From positions 22,568,001 through 22,632,000 of the forward strand of contig CM106585.1 of NCBI GenBank assembly GCA_048013815.1: DNA of 64,000 nt, written 5' to 3'. The notes under the pieces were generated by a model, which was not told the DNA's origin, did not search any database, and saw only the letters and a list, made by a program, of their open reading frames with translations. Shown in pieces: positions 1-13,331 of the stretch. How positions within the stretch are numbered: the first letter of the stretch is position 1; every line of letters begins with the position of its first letter. Both the position numbers and the translations under genes were made by a program. The DNA is from Setoptus koraiensis. Taxonomy: Eukaryota > Animalia > Arthropoda.

Positions 1-581
1 ATCGCAAATCGCAAATATCAGATGTGAGATGGCAAATATCAATGAAAGATGAATGCATTATGACGATGATGATGTCATTGGTTTGGTTGTCATTATTGGG
101 TTACTGCGCGGCCAGTTGTAGCTGACTGGCGACCACGAAAAGACAGCCCCACTCAACAGCTGATGTATATCATCCGTCTATTGAAGGATCGGTCCTACAG
201 ATAAGATGTTATGCATTGTCCACTTGCGTAAGTAGACACTTGTTCGTGATGTTGTTTGCACACACACAACATTCAACTGTCAGACTTATCGTCGTCAGCT
301 GTTCACATATGGCAACAACGTCAAGATCAGCTGATATTGTTGTGGCATTGGTCGCAACTATGGTGAACAGATAAGTCAGTGACAGTTAGCTTGTAGGAAT
401 GGCGCTTCTGTTCAACAGAATCTGTTGTTGTTGCGATATCATAACAACAACAACGACAACAATAAGTGATTACATGATTGGCAAACAAGCGGCGATGAAA
501 ACTTTTTCTTTCTCTCTGTACGCTTTATATATATACTTTGCAGACTGGCTGGCGGTGTTCGTTGGTTAGCTTGGCTCGGCT

Positions 582-641
582 CGGCTTCGATCGGCTTCGA
601 TCGGCTTCGATCGGCTTCGAACGGCTTCGAACGGCTTCGAT
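582..641. repeat. Tandem decamer (CGGCTTCGA[T/A]) x6
   Basis: Six consecutive 10-bp units read directly, starting at 582, 592, 602, 612, 622 and 632. Confidence 0.95.
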
Positions 642-1022
642 CGGCCGGCCGGCCAACCTGTGGGCACATGTGTGATTCGCAAAATCAATCATGCTACATA
701 ATAGTGATGGTAAGTATATCTTGCGGTTGCCCATTTATATTAGTTCAAACTACTATTATAGCCGAGGCTGGCCGATGGACGTAACGCAACTAGATAAAGC
801 GTCACAATGCAACAAGAAGAAATTGTTCAAGAATTTTGTGTGTCTGAAAATTTTGTCTGATTTGTTCAATTGATGTAAAATTCAATAGCGTTGCGCTGAC
901 CGCGCATATTTGTTATTGTCATGGCGCTACCTGTTTTGTCAGATACAAACACACGGACAAAATAAATTTGAATATCTCATCTAAAAAGCATCTAAAGTTT
1001 CCACTGTTGCAGCCTCTCCAGC

Positions 1023-1130
1023 AACAACCGCCCAACTACAACAACTACCGTACAACTACAACAACTACCGCCCAACTACAACAACTACCGTACAACTACA
1101 ACAACTACCGCCCAACTACAACAACTACAA
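1023..1130. repeat. 20-bp minisatellite with two alternating variants (ACAACTACCG-CC/TA-CAACTACA)
   Basis: The 20-bp units alternate CC/TA/CC/TA/CC at the variable position, giving a 40-bp higher-order period. Confidence 0.9.
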
Positions 1131-4100
1131 CAACAAACGAGTCGCCAATGTCCAATTGTCCGTGTAGTTGTGCGTTTGTGTTGCGCAACTCACAACAATC
1201 GTTGCCAATGTTAGATTTAGCAGTGTCTATCCACAATTACGACACTGCTATAAAAAAAAGAAGCCAACAAATGAAAAGCGATTGTTGTTCTAGAGAGAAG
1301 CCGATAATCTTTCGATAAATTCGTTGTCTTGTTCATTCAATCGCCCGCTTCGTTTGCTCGCCGTCTAAACTCGTACCGTGATCAGCTGATCCATTTTATC
1401 TAACAATCAGCGATCTAACAAGTGTTCGAGTGACAATAAATGAGATAAACAGATAAGACCATAGCAATCATTGGCTCATTAGCTCACAATGAGTGTCCCA
1501 TGTACGTGCTTTTGCCAATGCAAATAGCATGTATAGTGTGTCTAAATCTACTCTGGTATAGATAGCATGATCACCTGATGAGATCAACGTTGTGATTGAA
1601 TAGTAATTGGCAATTGCGTAATCTCTTCAACAATACAATTTACATTTGCATCTTGAGAGCACAACAAGAAATAAATAAATGAATGAGATCATGATCTTGT
1701 TCTTTGTTGTTTTTATTCCTACTTGATTGATGTTAGTTGATTTGATTTTACATTTGATCATCTCTCTCTCTCTGTTTCGCTCGCGTTGCATCGACGAAGC
1801 GACGGGCTGTTGCGATGGCTTCACATTTGAAGTTAGTCATGACATGACAACACCAATAACAACAACAACGACAGCAACAACAACGACAGCAAAATAAGAA
1901 CAGATAGCCACTTTGATATTATATAATCGGCCGATTTGAACAATAAAGTGGCATTAGAAACTAACGAAAACAGATAGGAGATGAGCGACCATTTGCATAA
2001 TTGTTTGTTGTCTGGAGTAAGCATCAGAACAAGCACAAACATCATTATCTAATGTATTTACATATCATCAAACATAAGATAAATAACGTGCTCATCCATC
2101 TCTATTCTCACGCGCTCTCAATCAACTTGATCAGTTGATTGGGCAGCCAGTAACATTGAGCTCACAATTAGACATCTTTTTTTGCTTGCTTGTTTGTTTG
2201 TTTCTAAACTAAAAAGAATCTCGGTTTGAAAATGTGAATTTTTCATTTTAAGCTCCATGTTGCATGCTAATGGTGACTGGCTGGCTAAATGACTAATAAA
2301 TTATTAGTCAGAAGGAATTCGCAACCTTGAGATTGGAATAAACTTGAGCTTAACTGGGCTGCTGTTGTTTAGTTCTCTTTGCTCTCTATACTATTACTGG
2401 CACATTAAATAAAGGTTGCCAATTACCTAAGTCGAGCGAATCAGCTCACACTAGCCGCTACTAGCAAGTAAGCGAATAGTATTGTAAAACAACCTAACAA
2501 CAACAACTCAATCAAAGAAGAGAGAGAGACAGTCGACCGGAAGTTGTGCGTCGAGTCAATTGTTCTTGTTCGAGAATGTTTCGGCTGGCATGGAGTTGGC
2601 GAACATGGAGTCTTATTAACTGACTGTGAGTGATTAACATCATTAGCGCCATTAACAATCAACCATTATAATTACTGGTCTAAATAACCTAATAATAACA
2701 TATCAACCACGATCGAGCTGCAAATATCCAACGATCGAAAGTAAGTCAAAACGGATATGATCAGGCCGACTTGCATTAACAGACAAGCCACCAGTAGTGT
2801 GGCAACAACAACACACTAACAATCTGACAGTTAATAGAATAGATCGCAAATTAGCGGCTAAAAAAGACAAAAGCAGATAGTGAAAGCAACAAAAAACGAT
2901 TTATCTAACTGTCGATTTGTATGATAGCTGGTGCAGGAAATAAGCCTCGTCCCACGCTGCATCCCCACGAGCTCACGAGCATATGAGCGTATGAGATCCA
3001 CTAACTATCTATGCTATGTGGCTGTCCAAATAATGAAAATAATAATGAACCTTGTTTGTTTGCAACACAATGCATTGTTATAAATAGAGACAAGTAGATC
3101 ATTATTATTTGTTTGTTTGTTGCTGTCGGACGTGTGGGTGGTATTGTGCATATTTATAATATAAAATACAAAATGCATTGGTTCATTTAATTGCGGACAA
3201 GCAACAGACCACATCACTTTGATCGGCTCACAGACAATAACTTTTGACAGGTCGCTCAAATCATACAGGTAAATCATAAATATAACCGAGCACGGTCACT
3301 GCAGAGCAAAGTTTGTATGCATCAACATGATGTTGTGTTGCATGTTTGTTGTTGCGAGCAAACAATAAATTCCTCTCGTTTGCTTGACCTTTACCTGGTC
3401 GCCATGTTATGCAAAGTGGATCAGATGATATGAGCCAGCGAGAACAAACAGATGATCAATCGATAAATCAATCATCTCATTATATCTTCATTATGACGTC
3501 TAACATTTGCGAGCCATTGTGTACCATTGCCAGACAAAATTCAAACATTCTCGCCCAATACTTGTTTTCACGAAACCAACAGATTACAATTCTTCTTACA
3601 ACTGCATTCATCTTCATACTGTTGCATTCATTACATCTCACCATTGTGAGTTTACAAGATTAACCAATCACAACTATTTATGCTCGCTGTAAGCTCGCAA
3701 AATACTCGTAAATTACCCCTCAAACTGACTAATATTTACTGATGGCAATAACGATTTGATCAATTGCAACAGACGCAAACATTAGCACTAATTATGAATA
3801 TAAATGTGTTATTTATTTGTGCAACACGTTGCTTAAATAACACGAGTGTCCAATTCCAAAACAAGCAGCTTATTTATTGTGTCAATAGGTGTTTAGCTCA
3901 CAGTTATTAGTTGTGTCAGTCATGGAATTAGAGCAGACACACAACTTGACAAAGTGAGTTTTGGTGTCAGCTAACAAGACAGTTGCTGTCATGTTTGATT
4001 TATTACGATAAATGATAAATCAACGTTGCGAATCAAGGTCACAAAAATGCTATTGTTGTCGTGCGAAGGTTTGTGAGGCAACAACAAACATAATGATCAT

Positions 4101-4746
4101 TTAGATCACTGTCAGAGCACATAACTGACCCGTCGGCGGCTGATTAGCATACGAGCCGGTGAACAGGTGATTGTGGCTACTATTTGTGTCATACATTGGC
4201 GAACGAGACTGACGAACAACAACAACAATTAGACGCTTGGGTAACAAAAATATCAATATCTAAATGTTGATGAGCCAGAAAAAGTGGCCTCCATTACACT
4301 TGTGGCCGGCACTAATGTGCAAATAGCTCTGTTGTGTGCCAGTTGATGTGGATGCATTGACACGATTAGCGAGACACAATTGACATTTATGGTTATTCAT
4401 CGCTTCATTTGGCATAAATCATTTATCAATGGCGATCATTTGCGAGTGAAAAGGAAAAAAAGCAAAAGCAAATTCATGTCATCATTGCTGCATTTGCCTT
4501 ACAAAATGGCCGACAATTGAAAACTCACACTCAATCTAGTTTTGCTTGTGTATTGTTGTGTAAGTGTGATATAATATTGTCAATGTTGTATTGTGCTGGT
4601 ATTTGTATAACCATTTGTACAACCGTTTGCGTGGTGTGTTACATAACAAGGTATTTATAATAATCTTATTGACAGATTGATCACATGCCATCTTGGCTGT
4701 GCTGGTGAACATTTTGTGATAACGGGATTGTCTGGCCAGCACCCAC

Positions 4747-4812
4747 AACAACGGCGACAACAGCGCCGACAACAACGGCGACAACAACGGCGACAACAAC
4801 GGCGACAACAAC
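4747..4812. repeat. 12-bp tandem repeat (ACAACAACGGCG)n, about 5 copies
   Basis: Read directly. It produces the LLSP/CCRR repeat ORFs in the track. Confidence 0.85.
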
Positions 4813-6005
4813 GGTAGCGGCACCAACAACAACAACGGTAAGCCATACATGTGAGTGGCGATCGTTGATGACCCACTTTTCAAAACTTGAGCCATTGTGT
4901 GTCAATGCAAAGACGACGCGAAATTAGCAATGATTAAATAATGAAATGAGTTTGCAAAATAATTTAAACTTGCATCAATTGTGATCACCTGTTGTTGTTG
5001 GCTGATAGTTGTTGTTGGCTGATAGTTGTTGTTGGTCGGTCGGCGGTTGTTGTCGGGTGCTGCTGTTGAATGCGGTCTTATGCCTTTCTAAAGAGCGCTC
5101 ATGGTAAGTCTAATGCTAAAATTGTTATTATTGTAACTTACCATTGACTAAAATAGCCAGCCACCAAAAAAGCGTTTGTGTGTTAGTATCATTATTACAT
5201 GTATTATTGCACAGATGAGATTGCCAATGGTGAGTTAGTTTTGGTTAGCAATATATCAATTCTTACACATATATCTAACTACACTTCAGCCAGTCAGCCA
5301 GCCAGCATCGCATTATTATTATTATTATTTGAGTTGCTAAATGATGCACACTCTCAAAATGTCTTGCCATTATCATCACTAGCCAACTAGCTAGCATCAG
5401 CTGTTGCATCCAAACTTCAAAAGATGGTCTTGCCATCTCACCTGAGTGCTTATGATCATTAGAGCACGGATGACCAGTGGTCAGCAGCAAGTTGAGTGCA
5501 ACTGTTGTTGTGAGTTTGTTAGTTGGCAGCCACAACAACAATGTAAACACATGCTGTTGTGCCACTCGATATAAACGCAATGATGATTGATGCGCCGTGA
5601 GCCAGTTGGACAGTGAGACAACATATTGACTAGACAAGCGAATCAACAGCATACTCGAATATCCTCTTTTTTCGCCGCAGCTACAGTTGGATATCATGCA
5701 GTCCGGTATGATACTCACAAGTATCAGATATTATGTGATATCAAAATGGATACACACACACACACGGCACCAATGATGTAAAATCACATCATTGATAAAT
5801 ACAGAATGAGCGCTAGGTGGCCACATGATTGCAATCATATCGCTTGTTTTGGGTACAGCATCTGACATTGATCCACTGATAACATCACCATTAGCGATGT
5901 TACGTCAGCGCAATAAACACCTAGATGCAGACCGCCAAGCAAAGTGTTTTGAGTTTTACAAGTTTGTTAGATGAAAAATTTGGATAATTTTGAGCGCACT
6001 CTTAC

Positions 6006-6063
6006 AACTTGTTGAGGTGAGACTTTGGGAGTGTCAACTCCCAAAGTTTTCCCTCAACAAGTT
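6006..6063. other. Near-perfect hairpin (two 11-12 bp stems, 4-nt terminal loop)
   Basis: AACTTGTTGAGG (6006-6017) pairs with CCTCAACAAGTT (6052-6063). Inner ACTTTGGGAGT pairs with ACTCCCAAAGT around a GTCA loop. Confidence 0.85.
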
Positions 6064-8562
6064 TCCGTTGATGCAGCTCGTTGATGCTGCATCATTCGGC
6101 CAGAGTTTGCGGTTATCCTAGGGCAAGGCACATTATTATTATTAGTGTTACTGCAGCGGTACTACTAGTGCCATTACACAAAACAAGGAAGAGACAACAA
6201 TGCCTGTTCGATGATAATCGCAACAATCATATCATCGACAGTGGCAATGGCACAGCAGACGCATATTGTGATGCAAGCAAAAACTATCCGCTGCTAATCG
6301 AAAGATAATCATCATGTAACACTTGTTGCGCCCATTTTCTGGTTATACCAGCAATGACCAGTGGTCAGTGGTCAGTGGTCGTTGGTCGTTGGCGAAATAA
6401 CTGACTGCACCAACAGTTGTTGTGAGCTGATGAAATTGTTTGGCGTCTCTGGCAGCAAGTGGCCAATATGATTGCGTAACACTTATTGTTGCGGCTCACA
6501 ATGAGTTCGATGACAATCAATCATCTACGCACAATCTCTCAGCGGAGAAGCATATCGCACATATTGCTGTGTTATGCGCATGGCATGCAGTTGTTGCTGT
6601 GTCCAATTAACATTAACTTGCTGGCCTCATGAGCTCACCTGGCGAGTGCGCATATGTGCTCACAATTATGCATAACGCAAGCATGCCACTGCTAACGTCA
6701 TAACGTCATAACGTCATAAGGTTGCAAGACGGCATGTTGCAGCATATTTAAAATGCAGATCGAGTCCAGAGTTGCACAATGTTATTGACATTTCCAGAGA
6801 GAGAGAGAGAGGCGCGGTGTCTGTGTCTCTCTCTCACTCTGCCAATTTCAAGCTACACATAACAAGTAGCACAACAATCATCGCTAAATGAGTTTGTCAA
6901 TGTTACATAATACTACTGTTGTGTTGGTATTATGTAACATTGACTGTGTGTATTATGCAACGGCAGCGACAATGACCACTACAGCGCACAACTGTTGCGC
7001 TGTTACGTAATGGAAATCAGTCATACGTCACAATTGAATAGCACATTTGTTGCCAGTGTCGTTGTTGTTGTGCAACAGTTATAGCTGCTGCCGCTGCTGT
7101 TGTTGTTGTTACAAGTTACATAATGTCCGCTAATAACCAGCGGCACTGGCGCAAGTGCCGGCCGCATCCAGCAGCAACGTTGGCCGGCGACAACAGGAGA
7201 CAGGTGAGCGCAATAATGAGCGATCAGCATGCCGAGCCAACATAAACCCTGTGACGAATAATGAAAGCCATTACATGCCGTAGTGACCAGTGCTCATTGT
7301 TGGCTGGCTCACTGACTGGCTGGCTCACTTGCTGGTGCTAGTGACAAATTAACAGATATCAGTTAACATACACACACCGTTGCTGCCAGTTGACAGTTGC
7401 CAGTTGACAGTTGCCAGTTGAGTTACCTTGACACTGCATGCCTGCCACTCACTGACAGCACCAGCCATCAGCTGACTGACTCGAACTGGATCGTCTGGGT
7501 AAATATTGGTGCTGCTGCTGTTGTTGTTATTAATGCCACTGCTTGTCGGATATATATATACACTGTGTGATGTAATGATGCTTCGCTCCAATAATTTGAC
7601 TGACTGAGCTTCGTTTTTCTTCGAACGATCCCAAGCCGGCGTTTTCTTGTGCGTTGTCTTGCAAATTCTCGCCAAGATATAACAAAATGCTGCTGTGACA
7701 AACTCGCCGTATATACGATTAACGTAACAAGTATCAAGTTGTCACAACAACAAGTTGCTACAAACAACAATTGTGTGGGGCTCTCTTTCACACACACACA
7801 CACTCACTCAGCGGCAGCATAGGTGATAGATGGACAAATCCGTTTTCTCCCAGTGCCGCTCTCAATGTCACATTGCGCCAGGAATACATTTTGTTGGTGC
7901 TGTTGTATAGGCAACCGTTGTCGTATATACATACCGTGTTACATAACAACAACAGTTATAGCTCAAAGTCACAAAGTTGCATAGTTGCTTTGAGCCTCTC
8001 GAAAGCAACTATGCATCAAATATGAACTTGGTGACTGACGGACGCGTCAAAAGGAAGCGTGCACGCCCTTCTAACTTGCAAGTTGCAAGTTATACAACGA
8101 CACACTAAGTTGTTGCAACGCCAACTACCTGTACAGTAGTGCAACAGTATGCGTACATGCAACAGGTGCTTACAGGTGACCCATTGCATCATCATATATC
8201 ATGGCTTTGTTGTGATCAGAGTGACGCAAATGGCTGAATGAATGAAATACAAATTAAATCTGAGCTTTAATCAGCATCACACACAGCGATGGCTAATTGT
8301 GTTTTTGTTGCCAATGATACGGCGAGAGAAGTGCTGCTGTTACTCATAGTGTTTGTATATACTGTTGTTGTTGTTGTTGTTGTTTATCCAACAGCAACAA
8401 CCAAGGGCAACATCATCATTTTGTATTAACCAAACAGACAAATAAATAGACAAATTAGCAACCACTCCTTGTCCGTCTACACGTTGCCATGCGAGCTAAT
8501 GGCTTCTGATGACCGACACATAAACCAACAACAATAAATGAGCGCGCTCTCGTCTGGCCCAA

Positions 8563-8638
8563 TCTGTGTCATTGCACTGTGTTGTTGTTGTTGTTGCTGC
8601 TGTTGCTGCTGTTGTTGCTGTTGTTGTTGTTGTTGCTG
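8563..8638. repeat. (TGT/TGC)n trinucleotide microsatellite, CAA/CAG on the minus strand
   Basis: Read directly. It produces the poly-Q, poly-T and poly-L ORFs. Confidence 0.9.
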
Positions 8639-9463
8639 AGTCTTGAATCTTTTGGGGCCACAGACAGCAAGCAAGCAGCAGTGTCAATGCCGAACGTTCA
8701 GCGTGAATTGGCACCCACCTCGCAATTCTCTAAGTCTCAATTCAAGACTCTCAATAGAGTGAGAGAGAGAGAGTTTGCTTCAGCAATAGATTACATTCGA
8801 TTGAATTGATAAACTTCAATTGGCCGACATTTTACATTTTAGCTGGATGACGACGACGACGACGATATTACGTAACAACAATATTACCTAGCATTATTAC
8901 ATAACAACACAATTATTTAACAATACAAATAGCGCCAACAAACAATCGATCAATGATACTGACAATAACAATGGTCACTTATATCATTTAATTTGTATGC
9001 CAGATAGTATATACAAGAACAATCTCACAATGCAAAACAACAACTACAACATTTAACTGGTATTTAGTTAGTATTTAGTACGTATTGTTGTCGCAATCAC
9101 ACTATTGAGTCACACTCTTGGTCAGCGAAGCTTTTTAGTTTTCTTTTTATTTAGTAATTTTGGGCGCTCTCTAATAACATACTGACTGCAAACAAACTGA
9201 CAATCGTTATTGTCCGTTTGTTTGCTTAGCCGTTTGTTTGCTTTTTTTGCATGCGCAAGCATCTTGTAAGTGAACTCGCTCCTAGCAAATTGACCAACAA
9301 TCTGGCATTGACCCGATGGATTCAATTTGATTGCAACGCAAACACACACTGTGACTTTGAAAAAGAAAAACACACACACACACTCAAATCTGCATAATTG
9401 ATTGATTGATTGACTCCTCACAGACACAATAATTGACATGGTGGCATGATGCAATCAACTTAC

Positions 9464-10747
9464 CGTGTTCTTAATTACGGGCCTCTCCGGTGTCACTAGC
9501 ACAACCACTTGTAGTTCGCGCGATATCAATGGCTCGTGATCTATGTCTTGTGCTGTCACTTGACATTGCCATGTTCCATCTTCTGTTGACATGCTAACAT
9601 TTCTAATTAATAAACTACAATCGCCATCATCTGGTGTGCGCAAATATTCATATTTGTTACGTAATTGTCCAACAACGCGCCCATTACGCAACCAAGAACA
9701 TTCGCCCTGACGACGTCTAATTATACAACGAATGCGCAAATCCAATCCAAGATGCGGATAATAGGTAGCTTCCGGTTGCACTTCAAAACTTTGTTCGTAG
9801 TCACTGAAGCGCTTCGATCGCGATCGTTTCGTTGACTGTTGCTTATTTAACACAACCATTTTTGATGATGATGCTGCGGGTAATGAATGTAAAAAGTGTT
9901 GATGTTGTTGAGCATTGGCGTACAATATGATTGGCCTATCGACATCAGACATTAGTGATAGTCTAGACAACAGTGATGTGCTTGGTAATAGTGAACTGGC
10001 CAACAGCGTTACTGAGGCCAACAAAATTGATAGGATTAACATGGGGCGCTTGTTGTTGCTTTTTAGTTGAGGCATGATTGCTTGTTTGTCGCAATCCGAT
10101 CTTGATATCTGATGGTGTTTGTTGTGAGTCTTGAGGCAAGAGGCTAACAATAACTTGCTATTATTATTATTATTATTATTATGCCTGATAGGACTACTAA
10201 TAAGTTGAGTATTTTTATTTTCTTCTGTGATAGTTGGTTGATTATGCGAATAATTATAAAGATAGCTCTGCTGTTTATGGTGTCGATTGACTGGTTGTTG
10301 ATCACTTGTAATATTTGTTTCAAAATTGTTGCAGGTTGATATATTTTGTTGTTGTTGTTGCTGCTGCTGCTGTCTTGATTGCAGAATCAGTCTGTTAAGA
10401 CTATTCTCGTCATTATTATCTAATTGTGAACTTAAATGCACGTTACTGGAGGCCAACAATGATTCATGCAATGTAGCTGTTGCATGTTGACATATATTAC
10501 AATTCGTGGTTGTTGTTGGTGCTCTGTAAATATCTATCTTATGATTATCGTTGCAATAATCAAAGTGATGAGATGTTTTTTTGTCGCAACAAAACTCTTT
10601 TGGGCCCAATCTCGACAACAAACCACTGATACCACTGTCAAACGCCATTCGATCGGCATCACAGTCGACCAAACTAGCGATCGTTTGACTGCTTTTAGTG
10701 GGTCGCTCCTCACCTGTAGTTGGTATTGGCTCACAGTGATGATACAT
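9464..10747 (-). CDS. First coding exon of an Ig-superfamily cell-adhesion protein (kirre/roughest/echinoid-like); remaining exons not identified
   Basis: Ig-domain signature: LRIRC...CSWLRNG...DGDCSLLIRNVS...DGTWQCQV, then VVLVTPERPVI. It is preceded by a hydrophobic segment (LILSILLASVTLLASSLL) and an RSKR furin-like site. The exon ends at ACG|GTAAGT (donor at 9463). The start codon is uncertain (10747, 10075 or 10042). Confidence 0.8.
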
Positions 10748-11945
10748 GACAACACTAACGCTTTTTTCGACACAATAACTGTTAATTGTGTGTCAAATGC
10801 ATGCGAGATTAAATGCAACAATGATAGTTTAGTTTAGCTGATTGCAATAATATTCAGATCAGTTATAATCTATTTTACACAAATAGTAGACACACGTTGA
10901 AGCTAATAGCATCAAATATGGATGAACTGTTCAATCAATTTGCAGTAATACACAGTGGCAATGATTGATGATCTTGTTTATTCGTTTTGCTGTATGCGTT
11001 GGCCAATGATGGCACCTAAACTTGAGGTTTGCTTGTGAATTTGATTTAAGCTGATCTCAATGTTCATCAATGTCAATGATGACACAATGATGATCTAGAT
11101 TCACTTATTATTTTCCTCAATGATACTTGATATGGTTGACTTGATGTATTGCAATGATGATCACGGTCAGTTAATAAATTGTTGCAAACGTATTTGTATT
11201 TTCAGTTGTATCAGTTGATTAAGTTGAATATGACACAACCGTATGTATCTACGACTCGAATGATAATGTGCTGCGCCCTTCTAACTTATCCGTTATGCAG
11301 TGTGGCAATGATTGATCGAACAAATGTTGCTGTTTAGTAATTGATAACACTTATTTATTGATGAAAACAACATATCTCAATGCTTGGTTATAGGTCATGT
11401 ATTATGATGGCCACTGCTGCTATCATAATGCAACTCAACAAGTGACCAACAACATGTTGGCAAACAATTATTATTATTGTTAGTAATATCTATTCTTTCT
11501 TATCTTGTTATTCACACTCAATACCGATTTGTTGTCTACCGATTGGTGTGATCTAATATTATTATTTGTACGTCTGTTGATGTTATTGTTGCATAATAAA
11601 TAATCCTAACAGATTATGTAATAGACATAGTTGCAGATGTAGCAATGGTATTAGAAGATTTGATGATGACAAGTGTGTTATATCATCTACTGTCTGATCT
11701 AAATGAAGCAACTCTATTAACAATCTCATGCATCTGTTCGCTAAGCTAGCCAATCTAACACTGACTACCTATTGTTCGATTGGCTACTAGTTGCATTCGA
11801 ACACACTGACGCAAAGTTAGTTCGTTCAATCCCGTTACACATTTAAACATTGAACGTTGTACAACAGCAAAAGTTGTTTAAACTCCACCCTATACCCTCA
11901 ACAGCAACAGCAACAGCAAAAGTGTTGTTTGTCGAAATGTTCTGA

Positions 11946-11968
11946 GCGCCACCCGGTGGCGCCATCTA
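11946..11968. promoter_or_regulatory. Candidate tandem CTCF-like insulator motif
   Basis: GCGCCACCCGGTGGCGCCATCTA contains GCGCCACCNGGTGG and GCGCCATCTA (reverse complement TAGATGGCGC), which resemble the recalled CTCF consensus. Function is inferred. Confidence 0.35.
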
Positions 11969-12913
11969 CAAGATTCGCAAAATAAATGTATGTAATGCAA
12001 AAGTGAATTGAATTACATTTTTGCCCGTGTCCAGCTCACCACCAATAAACTGTTGCAGAAAAAGAACATAAATATGATGATAACATGGGATTCTTGCTTT
12101 TCTGTTACTGAAGACTTTGGATGATCATCGATATCAATCATTCAATGGCTACACTAAAATACCCGTCATAATCAGCAAATTCAGGCGACAATAACATTTG
12201 TGCCAGAAACAACAATAATTCGACTGGCAACAACTTCCACGCAATTCAATTTTTCATGTATTGTTTTTGAATAATGTTATCATGATATAAAGCGCAAACT
12301 TCTAGAGACTTCTGCCCCGATCAATTGTGCTTGTGGCCTCACAATGATATAGATATATTATAGATGCTCGATTAGAGGGCCGGCCTCAAGTTGTAAAATT
12401 CAGTACAATGAATATTGTCTATGATGACCATCGACGGATTGACTTGTTGCAATGATATTCCTGCAATGAAAATTTTTCCTATGAGATTTGTTGGTTCGCA
12501 AAGACATTTTGAGTTGTATTGTTCAAGACACACCAACAAGATGGTAGTTTTATCAACAAGAAACAAGAAAACTTGCGAAAGTATCTCCACTTGTTGATTC
12601 ATTTGTCACGTTGGCGCCGTTTCGTGTTCGTGTGCAGTCGGTGGCAGCTTTTGTGCATTTTACGCAATGCGCAGTTAGACTCTTACCCAACATGAATCAA
12701 CAACATGGCCATGAAACCGTTAATTACCACCGTACAGCTGTTTGTTGCGATATCACATTTTCCTAAATAGTGATTGTCATTTTTGCCCATACCAAACGAT
12801 ATCATCGATCAGGGAAGCCTTATATGCTCGCAACTAGTTGCATTCATCAGTTGATTGGTTGGTTAGCTTATTATTATCACTATTTTATACATATATGAGC
12901 GTACAATCACATA

Positions 12914-13255
12914 CTGGGTGCGTTTTTGCCAATGGCTTTTTTCCCATTTCTTTTAGAAGCCGCCAGGGCGGCGCACTCAGATTTTCATATGCAGTGTGAG
13001 TGAGCGTCAGTCGCAGTATGTGCCGCAGTATAGCTGTTTCGCGAGTAAACTGCCAGGGATGAACTGCCGTCAGAGTAGTGAGTGCAGTGATCGCAGCGCC
13101 TCTAGTTGTTTGCTAGCTATCTGTTGAGTAACGTCAACCAATTGAAATATTTATCGATACACTCTACCCTCGGCTGTGCATCCCTGTGCGCTCGCTGCGC
13201 CCTTGGCGGGCAAAAAAGAAAACAGGAGAAAAGCCATTGGCAAAAACGCACACAG
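12914..13255. mobile_element. MITE-like non-autonomous DNA transposon with terminal inverted repeats and TA flanks
   Basis: The left end CTGGGTGCGTTTTTGCCAATGGCTTTT matches the reverse complement of the right end at 26/27 nt, with looser similarity to about 60 nt. TA lies immediately outside both ends (12912-13, 13256-57). There is no transposase ORF. Confidence 0.7.
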
Positions 13256-13331
13256 TACAAATATCAGACTCTATCAATAATAACAAAAGACTGTTCAGGT
13301 TATCCAATTCAAATTCACTCAAACTAAAGAC

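Noticed and set aside
12372-12602. 76-aa minus-strand ORF, and a plus frame broken by several TGA codons
   Set aside because: No recognisable motif and no consistent splice model. No evidence for selenocysteine read-through.
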